The notes under the pieces are model-generated. The model had not been told where the DNA came from. It did no database searches and worked only from the letters and a program-made list of their open reading frames with translations. This document shows positions 60,803 through 64,000 of a stretch of 64,000 nt of DNA, piece by piece. Source of the DNA: Longimicrobiales bacterium (lineage in GTDB: Bacteria > Gemmatimonadota > Gemmatimonadetes > Longimicrobiales > Gaopeijiaceae); the NCBI GenBank assembly GCA_963664435.2, contig CAXXKM010000002.1, positions 992,001-1,056,000 of the forward strand, in the 5' to 3' direction. Within the stretch, counting starts at the first letter, position 1. Every line of letters starts with the position of its first letter. The translations under genes and the position numbers were made by a program.

Positions 60803-61954
60803 TCAGAAGCCCGCTGCCCGGGCGATGCGCTGCTGGGCGACCGGAAGGGGCAGGTCGGCCAGCTCGGAGGGGGTGACCCAGCGGCCCGCCTCCTCTTCCC
60901 ACTCTCCCCCCACCTCGACCCGACAGGGCCGGTACACCGCCGTGAAATGCGAGAACCGGTGGGTGACCGCGGGCAACTCCACCACCGCGGCCGCGTCGGG
61001 CTCGGCGAGCCGCGCTGGTCGTGCGTCCGCCACCCGCCCCGCCGTCGACGGCGTGGAACTCCCCCTCACCGGTGGCCCGACCGGGGTGCCCGTGGCGTCT
61101 GCCGCCACTCCCGCCGCCCGGGCAGCGGGTGGTCTGATCAGCCGCGCCACCGCGCCCGGCCCGTCCTCCTCCCCGTCCACCTCCACCGCCGGGAACTCCC
61201 ACATCCCCCCAAGCAGTCCCTCCGGCGGCCGCCGCACCACCAGCGTCCTGCCCCGCGGCGAGACCGCGACCAGCACGCCCCAGGTGCGGGTCGGCACGGC
61301 CTGCCGCCTCCTTCGCAGCGGCCGCTCCGCCACCGTGCCGGCCGCGCGCGCCCGGCAGCCCGTGGCCAGCGGGCATGCCCCACACGACGGCGCCCGCGGG
61401 GTGCACACGGTGGCGCCCAGCTCCATCATCGCCTCGTTGAAGTCGCCGGGGCGGGCCGTGTCCATCAGGCCGGCCGCGATGTCGCGCACCTCCGCGAGCG
61501 ATGGGTCGGGGAGGTCGCACAGCCGCGCGACCACCCGGCGCACGTTGCCGTCCACGGCCGGGACCGCCTCCCCGAATGCAATGCTCGCCACTGCGGCGGC
61601 GGTGTAAGGCCCGACTCCCGGTAGGGACCTCAACTCCGCCGACGACGAGGGAAGATGCCCGCCGCAGCGCTCCCGCATCCGGCGCGCACACCGGTGCGCA
61701 TTGCGTGCGCGGGCATAGTACCCCAGCCCCTGCCACAGCCGCAGCACTTCTTCCAGGTCGGCGTCCGCGAGCGCCCCGACATCCGGGAACCGCTCCATCC
61801 AGCGCCGGTAGTAGGGGACCACGGAGCCGGCTCGCGTCTGCTGCAGCATGACCTCCGAGATCCACACCGCGTAGGGGTCGCCGACGCCGCGCCAGGGAAG
61901 GTCCCGCTTGTGCGCGTCGAACCACGCGAGCAGTCTTTCGTGGATGGCTTCCAT
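60803..61954 (-). CDS. mutY: A/G-specific adenine glycosylase
   Basis: RDLPWR, ISEVMLQQT, WQGLGYYARA, LPGVGPYTA, VDGNV and Fe-S loop C-x6-C-x2-C-x5-C. Confidence 0.95.
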   Translation of the reverse strand: MEAIHERLLAWFDAHKRDLPWRGVGDPYAVWISEVMLQQTRAGSVVPYYRRWMERFPDVGALADADLEEVLRLWQGLGYYARARNAHRCARRMRERCGGHLPSSSAELRSLPGVGPYTAAAVASIAFGEAVPAVDGNVRRVVARLCDLPDPSLAEVRDIAAGLMDTARPGDFNEAMMELGATVCTPRAPSCGACPLATGCRARAAGTVAERPLRRRRQAVPTRTWGVLVAVSPRGRTLVVRRPPEGLLGGMWEFPAVEVDGEEDGPGAVARLIRPPAARAAGVAADATGTPVGPPVRGSSTPSTAGRVADARPARLAEPDAAAVVELPAVTHRFSHFTAVYRPCRVEVGGEWEEEAGRWVTPSELADLPLPVAQQRIARAAGF

Positions 61955-62044
61955 TCTCCTGTGGATGGCCGGCCACGCCTTCCGTCGTTCGGGATGATCG
62001 ACCGGCGGGCGCGGGCGGGACGTTCACTCCGGGGGGGCAGGGCA

Positions 62045-63334
62045 ATGCGCTTCACGACCTACACAAAGTATCGGCCCGGCCTGCTCGACGCCCTGAACCT
62101 TGAGGCCCTGCTCGAGCACCTCACCGACTTCCTGATGGACGGCGGCTTTGCCGGCGGTCCGCACTTCCATCCCTACTGGGGATGGTCCGGGACCGAGGAT
62201 ACGAGCTCCTACGACGCCCTCCAGAGGGCGATTCTCGACGCCCTCATCGAGAGCGGACAGTTCACCCCGGAGATGTTGGACGAGCTCCGCGGCGAAGGCG
62301 AAGGCGACGAGGAGGTTCAGCGGCGGATCGCGCAACTCATCGACGACATCGTCCAGAAGCTCGTGGAAGAGGGATACCTGACCCTGGAGGGCGGCGAAGC
62401 CATGCCGGGGCCCACGCAGGAGATGACGGGCCAGGGGCACGTCGACGAGGCCAGGGACGCCGCCCGCAGCGTGAACTTCGGGCTCACCCGCAAGGGCGTG
62501 GATTTCCTGGGGTATCGCGCTCTGCGCAATCTGCTCTCCGCCAGCGGCACGTCCAGCTTCGGCTCCCACGAAACACCGAAGCTGGCGACCGGCGTGGAGG
62601 CCGACGCGGCGAGCCGTCCCTACGAGTACGGCGACGTCCTCAACCTCGACATTCCCGCAACCCTCCGGAGCGCGATCGAGAGGGAGGGGCTGTCCATCCC
62701 CATCGAGCTCGACTACAAGGACCTGATGGTGCATCAGACCGAGTACCGGTCCTCCTGCGCGACGGTGCTCATGCTCGACGTGTCGCACTCGATGATCCTC
62801 TACGGCGAGGATCGCTTCGGTCCCGCCAAGCGGGTCGCCCTGGCGCTGACCCACCTGATCCGCACGCAGTTTCCGGGCGATGTCCTCAAGGTCGTGACGT
62901 TCGGCGACCGTGCCACCGAGATCCCGCTTTCGCAGCTGGCGCGGGCGCAGGTGGGACCGTTCCACACGAATACCGCGGAAGGCCTCCTGATCGCGCGCCG
63001 CCTGCTCAAGGCGCAGAAGAAGGACATGATGCAGATCATCATGATCACCGACGGCAAACCCTCCGCGGTGACCCTTCCCAACGGGCGCATCTACAAGAAC
63101 TCGGGCGCGCCCGACGGCCTGATTCTGCGGAGGACGTTCCGGGAAGTGGCGGCGTGCCGGAACGCGGGCATCCATATCAACACCTTCATGCTCGCCCGCG
63201 ACCCCTACCTGGTGCGCTTCGTGCGCGAAGTGGCCGAGATCTCGCGCGGAAAGGCCTACTTCACGAGTTCGCTCACCCTGGGGCAGTACATCATGATGGA
63301 CTTCCTCAGGCGCAAGCAGCGCCGGATCGCCTGA
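62045..63334 (+). CDS. VWA domain protein, partner of the AAA+ ATPase
   Basis: [26 protein letters not shown] and INTFML. Confidence 0.9.
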   Translation: MRFTTYTKYRPGLLDALNLEALLEHLTDFLMDGGFAGGPHFHPYWGWSGTEDTSSYDALQRAILDALIESGQFTPEMLDELRGEGEGDEEVQRRIAQLIDDIVQKLVEEGYLTLEGGEAMPGPTQEMTGQGHVDEARDAARSVNFGLTRKGVDFLGYRALRNLLSASGTSSFGSHETPKLATGVEADAASRPYEYGDVLNLDIPATLRSAIEREGLSIPIELDYKDLMVHQTEYRSSCATVLMLDVSHSMILYGEDRFGPAKRVALALTHLIRTQFPGDVLKVVTFGDRATEIPLSQLARAQVGPFHTNTAEGLLIARRLLKAQKKDMMQIIMITDGKPSAVTLPNGRIYKNSGAPDGLILRRTFREVAACRNAGIHINTFMLARDPYLVRFVREVAEISRGKAYFTSSLTLGQYIMMDFLRRKQRRIA

Positions 63335-63445
63335 TCAGGAGCCGGAGGCCCGGCGACCAGGCCTTCACCGCCATCGCGCTGTCGTGCACGCCTTGTTTCG
63401 GCCGGGCGGAACCGTGACAAACTAATCGAACTTAGTCCATTTAGT

Positions 63446-63835
63446 TCATCCAGAGTTCCGGGTGCGGCTCAGCCTGCCCGCGGGCCTCGGCACCAGCGCG
63501 GCGAGCACTTCGGCCAGTTCCCGCGTGCCGGCCGCGGCCTTCTCGCGATCCCCGCCCCCGGCCGCAAGCGCCGCCCGGGCGCAGGCCTCCAGGCTCTCGA
63601 CCGTCGCCCAGTCGACGTCCAGGGCCCCCGCAAGGGTGGTGAGCAGCTCGTCGGCGTAGTTCAGGCGCGTGGCCCGGCGGCCGGCGTTCAGGTCGTCCCA
63701 CGAGGACTGGCGCCTGCTCCGGGTCGGATCGCGGGCCTTCTCGCGCTCGTAGATGCCCCGCGCCAGTCGCTCCCGGAGCGCTCGGCGCAACTCCCGGCTG
63801 CGGTCCCCCGTGTCCCGGGCCGGGGCGCGTGTCAT
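63446..63835 (-). CDS. hypothetical protein
   Basis: ATG 63835 overlaps the upstream stop; helical; LARGIYE...SWDDL...RLNYADELL. Confidence 0.55.
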   Translation of the reverse strand: MTRAPARDTGDRSRELRRALRERLARGIYEREKARDPTRSRRQSSWDDLNAGRRATRLNYADELLTTLAGALDVDWATVESLEACARAALAAGGGDREKAAAGTRELAEVLAALVPRPAGRLSRTRNSG

Positions 63836-64000
63836 CGTTCGGCCGCGGACGGGGATGGGTCCCGGGGGTCCGGCTCGCGATTCACGACCGTGCCGGTTTC
63901 CCCGGGCGTCCCAAGCGCGCGTCCGCCGGCGCCCTGGTAGACGTAGCGGAAGGTCAGGCATCCGGGCTGGGCGCCCGGGCAGTAGTACGCCAGCAGCTGC
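63832..64000 (-). CDS. hypothetical protein, C-terminal part (begins outside the window)
   Basis: Open frame from the window edge: QLLAYYCPGAQPGCLTFRYVYQG...SAAER*, with an ATGA overlap into the next gene. Confidence 0.5.
   Translation of the reverse strand, partial: QLLAYYCPGAQPGCLTFRYVYQGAGGRALGTPGETGTVVNREPDPRDPSPSAAER

Noticed and set aside
63415..63442. Chromosomal dif site
   Set aside because: Geometry fits, but neither arm matches the XerD consensus TTATGT(T/C)AA; kept only as a generic candidate site.

Overview
GC-rich bacterial chromosome segment with dense, mostly housekeeping gene content. The gene mix suggests Gemmatimonadota; this is an inference from the DUF5916, GWxTD, 6-bladed propeller and ACIII families, not a database result. 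It carries an imuA-imuB-dnaE2 mutasome cassette, a sigma-70 factor, polA-ssb, a lytic transglycosylase, gcvH-gcvP with a lipoate ligase, and a complete six-gene alternative complex III operon (actABCDEF). Also present are luxE/luxC-like genes, ypdA, lon-ygfZ, ggt, ETF-QO, mutY and an AAA+/VWA pair. No rRNA, tRNA, CRISPR array, integrase or transposase was recognised. Best candidates for something undescribed: (1) a PadR operon encoding a helical-domain/degenerate ExbB-like membrane protein plus a loop-less mini-ExbB with no ExbD/MotB partner, with a palindromic operator upstream; (2) an orphan, compositionally foreign STAS-HATPase-STAS(DUF4325-like) fusion; (3) a luxAB-free luxEC operon divergent from ypdA across a 22-bp palindrome; (4) a repeated CTGNCA-N3-TGGCAG-like motif upstream of lon; (5) cofactor-site variants in ActB, ETF-QO and PolA. 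All family assignments come from motif recognition by eye.
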